A DNA stretch of 64,000 nt. Source: an uncultured delta proteobacterium. Its GTDB lineage: Bacteria; Desulfobacterota; Desulfobacteria; Desulfobacterales; Desulfatirhabdiaceae. Below the pieces are notes generated by a model. That model did no database searches. It was given only the letters and a program-made list of their open reading frames with translations, and was not told the origin of the DNA. Where the stretch lies: assembly GCA_963789395.1 (NCBI GenBank), contig CAWBKP010000024.1, positions 1 through 64,000 of the forward strand, written 5' to 3'. The position numbers and the translations under genes are program-made. Positions 11,701 through 23,338 of this stretch are shown in pieces (the stretch's first letter is position 1; every line of letters begins with the position of its first letter).

Positions 11701-13001
11701 GCATCCGCGCGTAAGGAATGGAGCGGGCCGCCAGGCGGTTGTTATCATGGGTTTCGGCATAATTTACCAGAAGTCCGTCTTCTCGGGAAATATCCAGTGC
11801 GCCCGGGAAGATAAGACTCGATCTGGCTGCGATCATAGTTTTGAAACAACTCGGAATAGGCCCAGTCAAAACCGGCAGTATTCAGAATATCCCTTGCAAC
11901 GGATATTTTCCCCCCAAGTCCCTCGAGAAAAAATATGGTGTCCGGATACTGTTCCCGAACAATGGCGACAATATATTGCCAGGCGGGAACCGGAATCATG
12001 TAGCCGGCATCGCAGCGGAAGCCGTCCACCCCTCTGCGGCACCAGGTGAGAAACACCTCGGCCATGTATTTCCAGAGTTCGGGTTTGGAATAGTCCAGCT
12101 GGGTAAGGTCTTCCCACTGAACGCCCCAGGCTCCGGGAACTTCGATGCGTCCGTCCTGCCCGCGTACCAGCCATTCGGGATGGGTCTCATGCAGGCCCGC
12201 TGCCCAGCCCGTGTGATTGGGGGCAATATCGATCAGTATCTGTGCATTGCGGGTATGCACCGCATCCACCAGCTCGATGAACTGCTCAAGGGGTGTGGCC
12301 GTTGGGTCAAACTGCGCCAGTGCCGGATCCACGGCCGTAAAGCTGAGCGCTGCATACGGACTGCCGAAACGACCCATTCGTGCGTAGGTCGTCGGTGTCG
12401 GGTGAATGGGCAGAAGGTGCAGAAAGCGACAGCCGAGTTTGCCTATGATAAAGTCCAGCTCTGCAATCAGATCTCGGAATGTGCCGGATTGGGGAATCAC
12501 CGTATACCCGGCCTTGTCGAGTGCGTGAACCCAGCCCTGCTCTTCAGCGGACGGAACGGCGTTTCCGGATTTGTTCGGGCCGAACTGCCGGACAAAGGCG
12601 TTATAAATGGTGTTGGCACAGCAGGTATGGGCCGGTCCGATATTGAGAACCGTATTGGGACCTTCCGGCCATTCGGGATCCGATTTGCCGTCTTCGAGAA
12701 AAAAGCACTTGGCTTCGGCATGACCGATTTCTGTCAGGGCCAGGGTAATCTGATACAGCCGGTCATGAACCCGGCGCATGGGCATGTCGAACCAGTCCTG
12801 GGCAAGCGGGGGAACTCCCCGTTCGATACGCGCGATGATCTCCTTGCGGTTGACTCCGATATGGCCGATGTTGGTTCGAATCCATGACTTTCCCTTCAAG
12901 GGAACATCCAGGCTGAGCGAAAAAGTCCGGACATCCCCTCGAAACGCCACGATATGGTTTCCGGGCAAGGGATTTTGCCGAAGGCGGTTGGATACGGTCA
13001 T
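8711..13001 (-). CDS. Glycogen debranching enzyme: GH13-like domain fused to amylo-alpha-1,6-glucosidase; one frameshift near 11810
   Basis: N-part GSPYA, NHTGW, VDGFRCDAGY, ETHDN; C-part IAGYPWFLDWGRD, YTWMDT, LRPNQL, YHNGTAW, GCDAQAW; ORFs 11745-13001 and 8711-11869 join at YLPG/ALDIS. Confidence 0.88.
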
Positions 13002-13288
13002 GGTGTGGTGACCATCAAAATATTATTGATGGTTCCAAAGCTGTTACGGCAGACCTGCTTGTTGTGGGGGTCGATCTGCCATTGACCGTCTACCAGAAAC
13101 TTGTATTCATACCGCCCGCTATCCAGCATCAGGATTTTTTCCCAAGCGCCATTCTTGTTCTTTTTCATGGGATGTGCTGTCTCATTCCACTTGTTAAAGT
13201 CGCCCACCAAGGCAACCCTAGCGGCTTGATCGGCGTTCAGCGTAAAGGTGATTCTGCGTTTTTTGCTTTTTTCCTTTGATAGCGCCAT
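12998..13288 (-). CDS. Stand-alone glycogen-binding CBM48 (isoamylase early-set / AMPK-beta-like) protein
   Basis: VALVGDFNKW, GRYEYKFLVDGQWQIDP, FGTINN; AGGAGG RBS; ATGA overlap with the debranching enzyme gene. Confidence 0.88.
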   Translation of the reverse strand: MALSKEKSKKRRITFTLNADQAARVALVGDFNKWNETAHPMKKNKNGAWEKILMLDSGRYEYKFLVDGQWQIDPHNKQVCRNSFGTINNILMVTTP

Positions 13289-13576
13289 CGTTGGCCTCCT
13301 TTGCATCTGACTGAAAATAATAGTTGAGACATCATCCGCAACTGGACGAAGAAAGTGGTAATCGGAATGGAAATCGACAGGGCAAATTACTGTATCTTAC
13401 TAAAATGAAATTGAAAACTTGTCAATGGGAATGACGATCTGGCAATTGACTTTTAATTTCATCTCATATACACAAGGCAACAGGCCATGGCGCCCGCTTC
13501 TGACGGAAATTGAAAACAGTATCGGCTCGAAAAACAGCTCTCTTGACAGGTGGCCTTGAATCCGATACGCACCCCA

Positions 13577-14960
13577 ATGAAGGAAAATACTGCCTTGTTG
13601 CTGGAAGAAATCATTTCATATGCCCATAATCTCGAGCGGGTTCTGGATAATCTCAAGGAAGGGATCATTGCTCACGATACCAGCCGGCGTATTTTCTATT
13701 TCAATCATGAGGCTGAAAAAATAACCGGATTTTCCAAGGAAGAAGTCCTGGGCAAAGATTGCCATCTGGCTTTTGGAAAACCCTTTTGCGGGAGCAGCTG
13801 CCATTTCTGCGGTGATCAGCCAATGCTTGACGATAAGCAGGAATGCATCACCCATATCCAGACACGGCAGGGTGAATTCCGACGCATCGAGATGCGTGTG
13901 ACAGCAATGGCGGATAGAAACGGGGTCCTTCTGGGGGTTCTGGCCGCGTTCAGGGATGTTACGGGTCTCTTGAATCTCCAGCTGAAGGCTGAGAAAACCC
14001 AGGGTTTTTCCGATATCATCGGCCAGGATATCAAGATGCTGGAGATTTTTCATCAGATTCGAAACATAGCCGGTTATGATTACCCGGTCCATATTTCCGG
14101 TGAAACCGGCACGGGAAAAGAGCTGGTTGCCGCAGCGCTTCACAATGAAAGTCCGCGAAGCCAGGGGCCGTTTGTACCCATTAACTGCGGGGCGCTGCCC
14201 GAAGGCCTCATCGAGAGCGAGCTTTTCGGGCATGTAAAAGGCGCTTTCAGCGGTGCGATCCGGGACAAGAAAGGGCGATTTGAGCTGGCTGACGGCGGTA
14301 CGGTATTTCTGGATGAAGTGGCGGATCTGACCAAGCCGGTTCAGGTGAAGCTGCTGCGGTTTCTTCAGGAAGGGGAGTTCGAGCGGGTCGGCGGGGAAAA
14401 AACAATTTCGGTGAATGTCAAGGTAACCAGCGCCACCAATAAAGATCTCAAAAAAGAAGTCCGGTTGAACCGCTTCCGGGATGACCTGTATTATCGCCTC
14501 AATGTAATTCCCATTCACCTGCCGCCCCTCCGGGAGCGAAAAACCGACATTCCCCTTCTGATCGAGCATTTTCTGCAGGAAGCCGCCAGGCGAAACGGCC
14601 AGAAACCGAGACGAATTTCCATCGAGGCACTGTCGCTGATGACGGCCTATCGCTGGCCGGGAAATGTCCGGGAACTCCAGAATGCCATTCAGTATGCGGT
14701 TGTGAAAAGCCAGGGGAACATCATTATGCCGGGGGATATTCCAGTTGAAATTCATTCCAAGACCCGGACGGGGGTATCGCGGAATCAACCGGGAAAACTC
14801 AATGATTATCTGGTAAAATCCGCGCTTGAGCGCATGCGGAGATAACAAAGTAAAGGCCGCAAAGCTTTTGGGTGTGGGGCGGGCGACGCTGTACCGGTAT
14901 TTGAAAAAAATAGGAAAGATAGAAAGACCAGTGGGTGCAGGGATGGTAATGAAAATGTAG
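13577..14960 (+). CDS. PAS-domain sigma-54 dependent transcriptional activator; frameshift before the HTH near 14835
   Basis: [37 protein letters not shown]; Fis-type [23 protein letters not shown] lies in a shifted frame ending at TAG 14960. Confidence 0.9.
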
Positions 14961-14984
14961 GGGCGACCGGGCGGCCGCCCCTAT
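14957..14984. repeat. GTAG-type REP-like palindrome between convergent genes
   Basis: GTAGGGGCGACCGGGCGGCCGCCCCTAT; TAGGGGCG pairs with CGCCCCTA. Confidence 0.55.
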
Positions 14985-15002
14985 CTGCGGATAACAGGTG
15001 AA

Positions 15003-16976
15003 TTATGCTGCGGCTTCCATGGCTCTCCGGTCCGCCATATCCATCAGGACGCGTTCGCGGGATTTATCCAGGCCAAGGGCCTTTCTTTTCTTGTCGATAT
15101 GGGCGATCATCATACGGGCCATTTCATAGGGATCCGGCGTGAATCCCCATTTGCCCATGCCCATGTCTTCCAGTTCTTCGAATAAATGCTTGTGAAAGCG
15201 GGTGCCTTCAACGATCGGAAAGGTGACGCCAAAAACCGTGTAAACGCCGGAGGCCACAAAATACTGGCCGATGGCAATGGCTTTTTCACTCATCCATTCG
15301 GGAGCAGCGCCTGCAACCGGAAGGCCGGCAATGGTGTCTCCCAGGCCGCCTTCTTTGACCATCTGGGATGCGGCCACCAGAATACGGCTGTTGTCCACGC
15401 AGGCGCCAAGGCCCAGGACCGGCGGCATGCCGACGGTTTCACAGACTTCCCTGAGGCCAGGGCCGGCCATGACCGCAGCTTCCGGAACCGTGAGCCCGGC
15501 CTTGGCCAGAGCGATCTGGGAACATCCGGTCTGAAGCACCAGGACATCGTTTTTGATCAGTTCCTTGACCAGTTCCACATGTACCCAGTCCTGTTTGACC
15601 CTGGGGTTGGTGCAGCCCACAACGCCGGCAACGCCCCGGATCCGGCCGTTGATGATGTTGTCGTTCAAAGGGGTGTAGCTGGCCCGGAAGCTTCCGCCCA
15701 GCATGTAGCTGATGTATTCGTGAGAAAATCCGTGAACGCCGGTGTTGACGTTTTTGGGGATTTCAATGGGGCAGGTTCTGTTTTTGAAACGGGTAATGGC
15801 CTTGATGACAATTTCATCCGTGCAGGCTTTGGCGTTATGGTCATCAAATTGGATGTGCACCGCTCCCTCGATCTTGCAGCGGGAATTGGTGGTAAACATC
15901 GGTGTGCCGTAGCATGCGGCAACTTTGGCCAGGCCCTGCTTGATGCACTGAACATCAACACCCAGGGCATCGACGGCTCCGGTTACCAGAACCGCTTCGG
16001 TGGACATGAAGTTTCCTGCATGCGGAATGCCGTGGCGAACCAGCATTTCTGCGCCCGAGCAGCACATCCCGACAAGGTTGATGCCGGCTGCGCCTGCGTC
16101 TTTGGCTGCCTGAATCAGGGTAGGTTCATTGACCGATTCCAGCATGGATTCAAACAGGCTCGGCTCATGTCCGTGAATGATGATATTGACCTGGTTTTCT
16201 TTCAAAACGCCCATGTTGACTTCGACACTGACCGGAGAAGGGGTGCCGAACATGATGTCTTCCAATTCTGTTGCAATCATGGATCCGCCCCATCCGTCGG
16301 AAAGCGCGGTCCGGCTGAACTGCTGGGTGATGTTTTCATACTGCTGGTCAACGCCCATGTGGGTCCGGTGCATCATTTCCATGATTTCGCGCATGGCGCC
16401 CCGGGGAACGATATTGTGTTTCCGCCAGTTTTCCAAAGTCTTGATGGGCACCCGCTTCATGAAAGGAATTTCCCCTTCAAGCTGCGTGTACGTCTTTTCA
16501 AGTTCGGTATAGAGTTCTTTGGCAATTTCGGTGGTGCTTTTGCCTTCCACCTCAATGCCGATGGATTTGGCGACATTTTCAAGCTTGACGGTGTCTTTGA
16601 TAGTGTAATCTGTGATTTTACCAGTGACCACACCGCGGAACAGATCCAGAATGCCCATGCCGTGGTCGGTGTGCGCGGCTGAACCGGAGGCCACCATGCG
16701 GGCAAAATTCCGGGCCTGAATCGTGTCGATGTCCGCACCGCAGACCCCGACCTTTCCATACGGATCTTTGGAGTTCAGGCGGCAGGGTCCCATGGCGCAG
16801 TGCTTGCAGCAGGCCGAATCCGCGCCGATGGGGCAGGCTTTCATATTGGCGGCGCGGTCAAAGGCTGTTTCAACGCCGTCTCTCTGGGCTTTTCGAAGCA
16901 TCTGGGCAGTGGCTTCGCAGATAGTTACATCGCTGGGATTAATCAGCTTCAAGGTATCCGTTTTTTTAGGTTCCAT
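15003..16976 (-). CDS. cooS: Anaerobic Ni-Fe carbon monoxide dehydrogenase catalytic subunit
   Basis: D/B cluster motif CPIGADSACCKHCAMGPC...VCG; C-cluster ligands HGHE, MCCSG, VQC, GCTN, TGCS, ACVDN; SEKA lysine. Confidence 0.96.
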   Translation of the reverse strand: MEPKKTDTLKLINPSDVTICEATAQMLRKAQRDGVETAFDRAANMKACPIGADSACCKHCAMGPCRLNSKDPYGKVGVCGADIDTIQARNFARMVASGSAAHTDHGMGILDLFRGVVTGKITDYTIKDTVKLENVAKSIGIEVEGKSTTEIAKELYTELEKTYTQLEGEIPFMKRVPIKTLENWRKHNIVPRGAMREIMEMMHRTHMGVDQQYENITQQFSRTALSDGWGGSMIATELEDIMFGTPSPVSVEVNMGVLKENQVNIIIHGHEPSLFESMLESVNEPTLIQAAKDAGAAGINLVGMCCSGAEMLVRHGIPHAGNFMSTEAVLVTGAVDALGVDVQCIKQGLAKVAACYGTPMFTTNSRCKIEGAVHIQFDDHNAKACTDEIVIKAITRFKNRTCPIEIPKNVNTGVHGFSHEYISYMLGGSFRASYTPLNDNIINGRIRGVAGVVGCTNPRVKQDWVHVELVKELIKNDVLVLQTGCSQIALAKAGLTVPEAAVMAGPGLREVCETVGMPPVLGLGACVDNSRILVAASQMVKEGGLGDTIAGLPVAGAAPEWMSEKAIAIGQYFVASGVYTVFGVTFPIVEGTRFHKHLFEELEDMGMGKWGFTPDPYEMARMMIAHIDKKRKALGLDKSRERVLMDMADRRAMEAAA

Positions 16977-17045
16977 TTTGATCTCCCTTCATGAGATTAT
17001 TGAGGTTGGGGCAGTTGGGTGAAGAATATTTATTTGATAGGTTCA

Positions 17046-17097
17046 TTTAATGAGAATTATTATCAAGTAGAATAAATCTTCAATTTTAATTTGTCAA
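17046..17097 (-). promoter_or_regulatory. Sigma-70 promoter of cooS with overlapping Fur-like box
   Basis: Minus strand TTGACA (17097-17092), 17 bp, TATTCT (17074-17069); TTTAATGAGAATTATTATC (17046-17064) matches 15/19 of the classical Fur box. Confidence 0.6.
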
Positions 17098-17446
17098 GCA
17101 ATTCTGTCAAAATCATTGAAGAGAATTGATAATTATTTTCAATTTTTCATCACAGACCTGAAGTGATTGTCCAGCGTAAACTGTCTTTTTATTGCTTGCC
17201 AAAACGATGATCGCATGATACTGAATGTGGTGATAAACGGTAATAGGATATCTTTGCAACACGAGCCCCCATGTTTGTGACGGCAATATGCCTCTTGCCT
17301 TTTGGCAACAGCAATTCACCCATATGCCTGACATCAGGCGTATGGGTTGCATCTTCCGATAGTTTTATTGAATCCGCAAGGGAACCCCGGATGTTTTACC
17401 AGGTTCCAAAATCATTAATCTATTAATTCAGAGGAGGAACGAATCA

Positions 17447-19209
17447 ATGGCTTACAATGCAGTAGAAATGAAAGACTGGCAGATTTCCGAAGCCGCCGAA
17501 GTTCACATGAAAACGCCGGAACAATGGCGGGATGAACTGGGACTGGAAAAAGATGAAATGCTTCCCATGGGAAGACTGGCCAAACTGGATTTCCTCAAAA
17601 TCATCAACCGCCTTCAGAACAGACCTGACGGCAAATACATTGAAGTTACCGCCATCACCCCGACTCCTCTGGGCGAAGGAAAGAGCACCACTTCCGTCGG
17701 ATTGATGGAAGGCTTGGGAAAACGCGGTAAGAATGTCGGCGGCGCGCTGCGCCAGCCGTCGGGCGGCCCGACCATGAACGTCAAGGGAACGGCTGCGGGC
17801 GGCGGCAATGCACTGATCATTCCCATGACCGAGTTCTCTCTGGGCCTGACCGGTGATATCAACGACATCATGAATGCCCACAACCTGGCCATGGTTGCCT
17901 TGACCGCCAGAATGCAGCATGAACGCAATTACAACGACGAGCAGCTTGCACGGCTTACCAAGATGCGCCGTCTCGATCTGGATCCCACCCGGATTGAAAT
18001 GGGATGGATCATCGATTTCTGCGCCCAGTCCCTCAGAAACATTATTATCGGCCTTGGCGGCAGAACCGACGGGTTCACCATGCAGTCCAAATTCGGTATT
18101 GCCGTAGGTTCCGAGTGTATGGCCATTTTGTCCATTATCCGGGATCTGGCGGATCTGAAAACACGTCTCAACAACATTACCGTCGGCTTTGACAAGAGCG
18201 GAAAACCGGTCACCACCGGCGATCTGGAAGTCGGCAACGCCATGACCGCTTTCATGCGAAACACCATCAACCCCACCTTGATGAGCACTGCCGAACATCA
18301 GCCCTGCATGATTCACGCAGGTCCTTTCGCCAATATCGCCGTTGGCCAGTCCTCCATCATTGCCGACCGAATCGGTCTGAAAATGTTCGACTACCATGTC
18401 ACCGAGAGCGGATTTGCCGCGGACATCGGATTTGAGAAATTCTGGAACGTGAAATGCCGGAACAGCGGATTGAAACCCCATGTATCCGTTCTGACCACAA
18501 CCATCCGCGCCCTCAAGATGCACGGCGGCGGACCCAAGGTTGTCGCCGGTATCGCACTTCCCGATGCGTATGTTAAGGAAAATCTGGAACTGGTGGAAAA
18601 AGGCGTCGAAAATATGGTTCACCATATCAAGACCATCCGCAAAGCCGGTATCAATCCGGTTGTCTGCGTCAACTGTTTCCATACCGATACCGATGCGGAA
18701 GTTGCCATCGTCCGAAAAGCTGCCGAAGCAGCCGGCGCCCGTTGCGCCAAGTCGACCCATTGGGCCGACGGTGGGGACGGGGCTCTGGAACTGGCAGACG
18801 CCGTCATCGACGCCTGTAACGAAACAACGAATTTAAATTCCTGTATCCGCTGGAAACCAAGCTTCGCGACCGCGTTGCCCTGATCGCCAAGGAAGTTTAC
18901 GGCGCAGACGGCGTGTCCTGGACCCCGGAAGCCGAGGCCAAGGCCAAAATGCTGGAAAGCGATCCCAAATATGCGGATTTCGCCACCATGATGGTAAAAA
19001 CCCACCTGAGCCTGACCCATGATCCGACGCTGAAGGGCGTGCCCAAGGGATGGACCCTGCCGATTCGGGACGTTCTCATTTATTCCGGCGCCAAATTCCT
19101 CTGCCCCTGTGCAGGCGCCATCAGCCTGATGCCCGGAACCAGCTCCAACCCGGCATTCAGAAGAATCGACGTGGATACCGAAACCGGAAAAGTCAGCGGC
19201 CTGTTCTAA
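17447..19209 (+). CDS. fhs: Formate--tetrahydrofolate ligase; one frameshift near 18822
   Basis: [33 protein letters not shown]-terminus FKFLYPL...MVKTHLSL...SLMPG...VSGLF in a shifted frame; GAGGAGG RBS. Confidence 0.95.
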
Positions 19210-19302
19210 GCCGGCTGATACCAGCATAGCGGGCCAGTGTGCAGTAAAAACCACTTTCTGATCCCTGACCCCTCAACCCTGTAAACGGTTGTATTGTTGT
19301 CG

Positions 19303-19336
19303 AGGGCCCGAAGCATTGTTCGGGCCCTTTTTTTTT
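19303..19336 (+). terminator. Rho-independent terminator after fhs
   Basis: AGGGCCCGAA-gcattg-TTCGGGCCCT followed by a T-run. Confidence 0.85.
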
Positions 19337-19357
19337 GATCTATCGAGGTTGACGTTG

Positions 19358-20968
19358 ATGCGCTGTTTATTGATCAATCCATTTTACCCCTTGTCCGAAA
19401 ATCCTTCGCCGCCGCTGGGACTGGCGTATCTGGCTGCGGCACTGGAAAAAGCCGGCGTTGAAGTCGAGATTCTCGATTTTGTGGTTTTTCCCTATATTGC
19501 AGCGGATTTCCGGACAAGCTGGCACATTTCAACCCCGATATCGTTGCCGCAACCGCTGTCACCATGACGTTTGACGGAGCCATTCGGATTATCCGGGAGG
19601 CAAAGCAATGGTGTTCCGATTGCTTGACGGTCATGGGCGGCCCGCATGTGTCCTTCTGCGCCGAAGAGACCCTTTCAGCCTATCCCGAGCTGGATATCGT
19701 GGTTTTAGGCGAAGGCGAGGAAACACTGGTTGAAATTGCCGCGGAAGCCGGAAAAGGGAAAAACTGGCGGCAGATTCCCGGACTGGTGTTTCGACAGGCC
19801 GACTGCATCATTTCAACCGGAAAACGGCCCCGTCCCATTGACGTGAATCTGCTGGCGGAACCTGCCCGGCATCTTCTGGCCCTTGGCAGATACCGGGCCC
19901 TGGGAATGCCGATTTCCATGACCACGAGCCGCGGTTGCCCGTACGCGTGTATTTTTTGTGTGGGCAGAAAAATGGTGGGAGCAAAGGTCCGGTACCGGGA
20001 TCCGGTAAAAGTGGTGGATGAGATGGAAATCCTGGCCGGCTACGGTTTCTGTCAGATCAATGTGGCCGATGATCTCTTTACCGCCAACGCCAGACACTGT
20101 CTTGCGGTATGCGATGAGATTCTGAAAAGAAACCTGAAAGTCAAATGGACATCGTTTGCACGCGTGGATACGGTCTCCCTAAAGGTTCTGCAGCGGATGA
20201 AAGATGCGGGCTGTCAGGCGGTCAGTTTCGGCATTGAATCCGGAAATGCCGAAATCCTGAAAACCATTCAAAAGGGAATTACCGTGAAGCAGGTGGTCGA
20301 GGCCGTTAATTTGTGCAATCAGGTCGGGCTTCTGCCGCATGGTTCGTTTATCCTGGGCCTGCCTGGGGAGACACCGGAAACCCTCAAGGAAACCCTTAGA
20401 TTTTGGCGAGGAGCTGAAAAAACTGGGGGTTTCGTACGGGTTTCATCTGCTTGCCCCGTTTCCCGGGACAAAAGTCCGGCAGGACAGCGTCAAACTGGGA
20501 ATTACGATTCTCTCCAATGACTGGTCTGATTACCATGCCAACCGGGCCATTATTGAGACACCCGCGGTAACCCGCCAGATGCTGGATGATATTGTTATCG
20601 GCTGGGAAAACGAATTCAACCGGTATCTTGGCCTTGTTGCCGAACGCATGGCTGCTGGAGAGGCATCGGAGGCAGAAGCCTGGCCACTGGTGAACCTGGA
20701 GCGCACCGTTGCCATCTATGACCTGATGATGGAAAATGCGCTTGAAAAACGAGGGGAGTGGACAATCCATGCACCAGCGGATCAATCCAGCGAATTGTTG
20801 AATGACCTTGTCGAGCATCTGGCTGCGGAAGGCCAGGAACGGAAAAAACTGGTATCCGCGCTGACCCATGCACTGGAGAGCGGATTTATTAAGTATTCCG
20901 TGACAGGGAACAGAATTCACTGGAAATGGGTGGATTGCATCACTGGTAGGAGAGAAGCTGGGTCCTGA
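19358..20968 (+). CDS. Cobalamin-binding radical SAM protein; frameshifts near 19497 and 20400
   Basis: LINP...PPLGLAYLAAALE, MGGPHVS, GEGEET, TSRGCPYACIFC, FGIESG; three consecutive ORF pieces. Confidence 0.85.
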
Positions 20969-21896
20969 GATTGGCTTTCTTTCCCTTGATGCCGATTTTT
21001 TTTCGAATATGGCACCTTCTGGAGCCGACCGTGCCATAAGTGCGATCCAGAAGGTCCGCGATTTCCCGGGTTCTTTTGCCTTGTTTGACAAGATTGACCA
21101 CGTGAATTTCATTTGGCGTCAAAGTCATGTACCGGGGAGATAGCTTGGGGGAAAACGGTGCGGTGATCTCTTTTAAATTGGTTTCAACAATTCCGGTGAA
21201 CGTGGACTGGGTGTCGGTGAGGCCGGTTTGTTTCAGCCTTTCAATGAACGGGAGCACAAACTCCCGGACATTGGCGATGACTTTTTCTTCCAGTTGGAGC
21301 CGGTCTTCTTTTCGCTGTCTTAACAAGACCTTCAACGCGGCGTTGGTTTCTTCCAGATTCAAGGATTTATATTCAAGTTCTCTTTCCTTTTCCTGAAGTT
21401 CAAGATTCACCCGCTTGCGCTCGGCAATTTCATGGCTCAGGTGTTGGTTCGCACGGGTTAATTCCGCAGTGCGTTCCATGACCCGTCTGTCCAGTTCATC
21501 ATAGGCTTTGCGCAGGTTGCGATCCGCTTCTTTTTTATAAAGGGCAATTTCAACCGTTGGTTTGATCTGCTCCTCGGAGAGTGGTTTTGACAGATATCCG
21601 TAAGCTCCTGATGTCCGGGAACGCTGTATGATTTCTTCCCGTGTATGGCCGGATATAAAGACAACCGGGATATCCATTTCCTGGTTTATGATCCCTGCGG
21701 CTTCGATGCCGTCCATATCCTGATTCGGGAAGAGAATGTCCATCAGAACCAGATCGGGCATGACCTGCCGGGCGATATCGATGGCTTCTTTCCCGGAAGA
21801 AGACACGGCAACCACGGAATATCCCATTGCAACCAGGAGTTCTTCAAGATGCATGGTAAGGACGGCATCGTCATCCACAATCATTAATCTGTACAT
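20940..21896 (-). CDS. Response regulator: REC, coiled coil, LuxR-type HTH
   Basis: IVDDD, LMDI, ISGH, SKP; linker ELDRRVMERTAEL; LTPNEIHVVNLVKQGKRTREIADLL. Confidence 0.88.
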   Translation of the reverse strand: MYRLMIVDDDAVLTMHLEELLVAMGYSVVAVSSSGKEAIDIARQVMPDLVLMDILFPNQDMDGIEAAGIINQEMDIPVVFISGHTREEIIQRSRTSGAYGYLSKPLSEEQIKPTVEIALYKKEADRNLRKAYDELDRRVMERTAELTRANQHLSHEIAERKRVNLELQEKERELEYKSLNLEETNAALKVLLRQRKEDRLQLEEKVIANVREFVLPFIERLKQTGLTDTQSTFTGIVETNLKEITAPFSPKLSPRYMTLTPNEIHVVNLVKQGKRTREIADLLDRTYGTVGSRRCHIRKKIGIKGKKANLRTQLLSYQ

Positions 21897-21945
21897 AGCT
21901 GTTTCTCCTGCAGTCCGGACATTTCAACCATTCTGCATATCAAGC

Positions 21946-22321
21946 TTATGCGCCGGCTCCGGACCCGAGTGCCGGTTGCTTATTTGCGCAATACACGAAT
22001 AATTTGGTCGCCAGTTTTGCGGCTGTAAATTCAGAAACCGTGGTGCCATCGATTTTGGACAGTTCATTGATATCGGCTGCCACCACGTTTCGAGAGCGTC
22101 CCACTGCCTGAATCAGGCCGACCAGCTGACGGTAGGAAAGTCCGCCCGGCTCTGGTGTGCCGGTGCCGGGCAGGACCGATGGGTCGAGCCCATCCAGATC
22201 GATGGTCAGATACACATGCTTCGGCAGCTTTGGACAACCTGATGAATCCATGACGGATCACCCGTGCGTTCCTTGGGTCAGGCAACTGATATTCGGGCTC
22301 TCCGAAAGAATGGGAACTCAT
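21946..22321 (-). pseudogene. speB: Agmatinase (ureohydrolase) with large internal deletion
   Basis: About 22 N-terminal codons (MSSHSFGEPEYQLPDPRNARVI) abut, out of frame, the C-terminal VYLTIDLDGLDPSVLPGTGTPEPGGLSY...DINEL; the GGEH and DAHxD metal motifs are absent. Confidence 0.75.
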
Positions 22322-22350
22322 GGCGTGCTCAGGGACGCATGCGGATTGTC

Positions 22351-22896
22351 TTATTTCACAAATATGGCCGCTGCCACGACAGTTGTCCACAGATTGCCTT
22401 CAGCGCCCAGTGCGCCCTGGCTGGTGTGCTGGGATTTAACGATTTTGCCGGACATTTTATACACTTCCCGGCGTTCGTCATAGTCTTTGTCTGCATCGAA
22501 TTCGATGCCAAGGGTATTGGCCAGCATGGTTGCGGCCAGGTCCTCTGCGTAGTCGCCTGCCTCGATTTCGGTCTGGCCAAACCCATGATGTTCCGAAAGA
22601 TACCCATAACGGCCCCTTTCGGCGGGCAGGGCAAGGCCGATGCTGGCGACAATTCTGCGTCCGGGTTCGTTGATCTGTTCTCTGGCCATTACACAGTGCG
22701 TTATTTCACCTGGCTCCAGGCGGTCAATTCCCTTTTCGATATCAATGATATTGCAGTGCGGGGGGAAAATGGATGAAACCGTTACAAGATTGAGGTGAGC
22801 GATACGCGCCTCACGCAGGGCATTTTCAAAAGAAGACAGCTTTTCCTTGGCAATGCCGACGCCTTTGGTAAAAACCATATATCGCGGTACATACAT
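22351..22896 (-). CDS. Pyruvoyl-dependent arginine decarboxylase
   Basis: [37 protein letters not shown] (SS cleavage site), [25 protein letters not shown] before ATG 22896. Confidence 0.92.
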   Translation of the reverse strand: MYVPRYMVFTKGVGIAKEKLSSFENALREARIAHLNLVTVSSIFPPHCNIIDIEKGIDRLEPGEITHCVMAREQINEPGRRIVASIGLALPAERGRYGYLSEHHGFGQTEIEAGDYAEDLAATMLANTLGIEFDADKDYDERREVYKMSGKIVKSQHTSQGALGAEGNLWTTVVAAAIFVK

Positions 22897-23059
22897 GGAT
22901 TGACCCTCCCATACTGTTAGGATACGCTTGCCATCGGAATACGCACCAAAACCGACGGCAACCAAAATAGTTAATGCAGAAAAAAAGGTGAACAAAACTC
23001 TATTTTCTAATAGCAGCCGATCATTTTGTCAATAAATATCCATTGCCGCAGGAGAAATC

Positions 23060-23338
23060 ATGAAGATACGGTTGGATCTTTCGAAACATTGTATCGAAAC
23101 CGCAATTCGAAAACAATACCATGCTCACATTTCCAGGTATTTCAAAATCCCCGATGATAGAGAGCAGCTTCAAGCCGGAATTCAGCTCCTTGTCGATGCA
23201 TTGGAAAGCTTTGATTTTCCGGTTCTCAGACGCACCCACCCGGAACTGGATGGACATAGCCGTCATGAAGTCATTCTTGAGACGGATGAGCAGGATCATC
23301 CCGTCATCCGTCTCAACGGGAAACGTATTTTAGATTGA
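23060..23338 (+). CDS. Small hypothetical protein
   Basis: AGGAG RBS before ATG; 92 aa filling the gap between flanking genes. Confidence 0.65.
   Translation: MKIRLDLSKHCIETAIRKQYHAHISRYFKIPDDREQLQAGIQLLVDALESFDFPVLRRTHPELDGHSRHEVILETDEQDHPVIRLNGKRILD

Noticed and set aside
15186..18760. Long antisense ORFs (15186-16682, 17444-18760; likewise 11841-12887, 13616-14848, 54956-56236)
   Set aside because: Shadow frames of well-supported genes on the opposite strand with no recognisable motifs.
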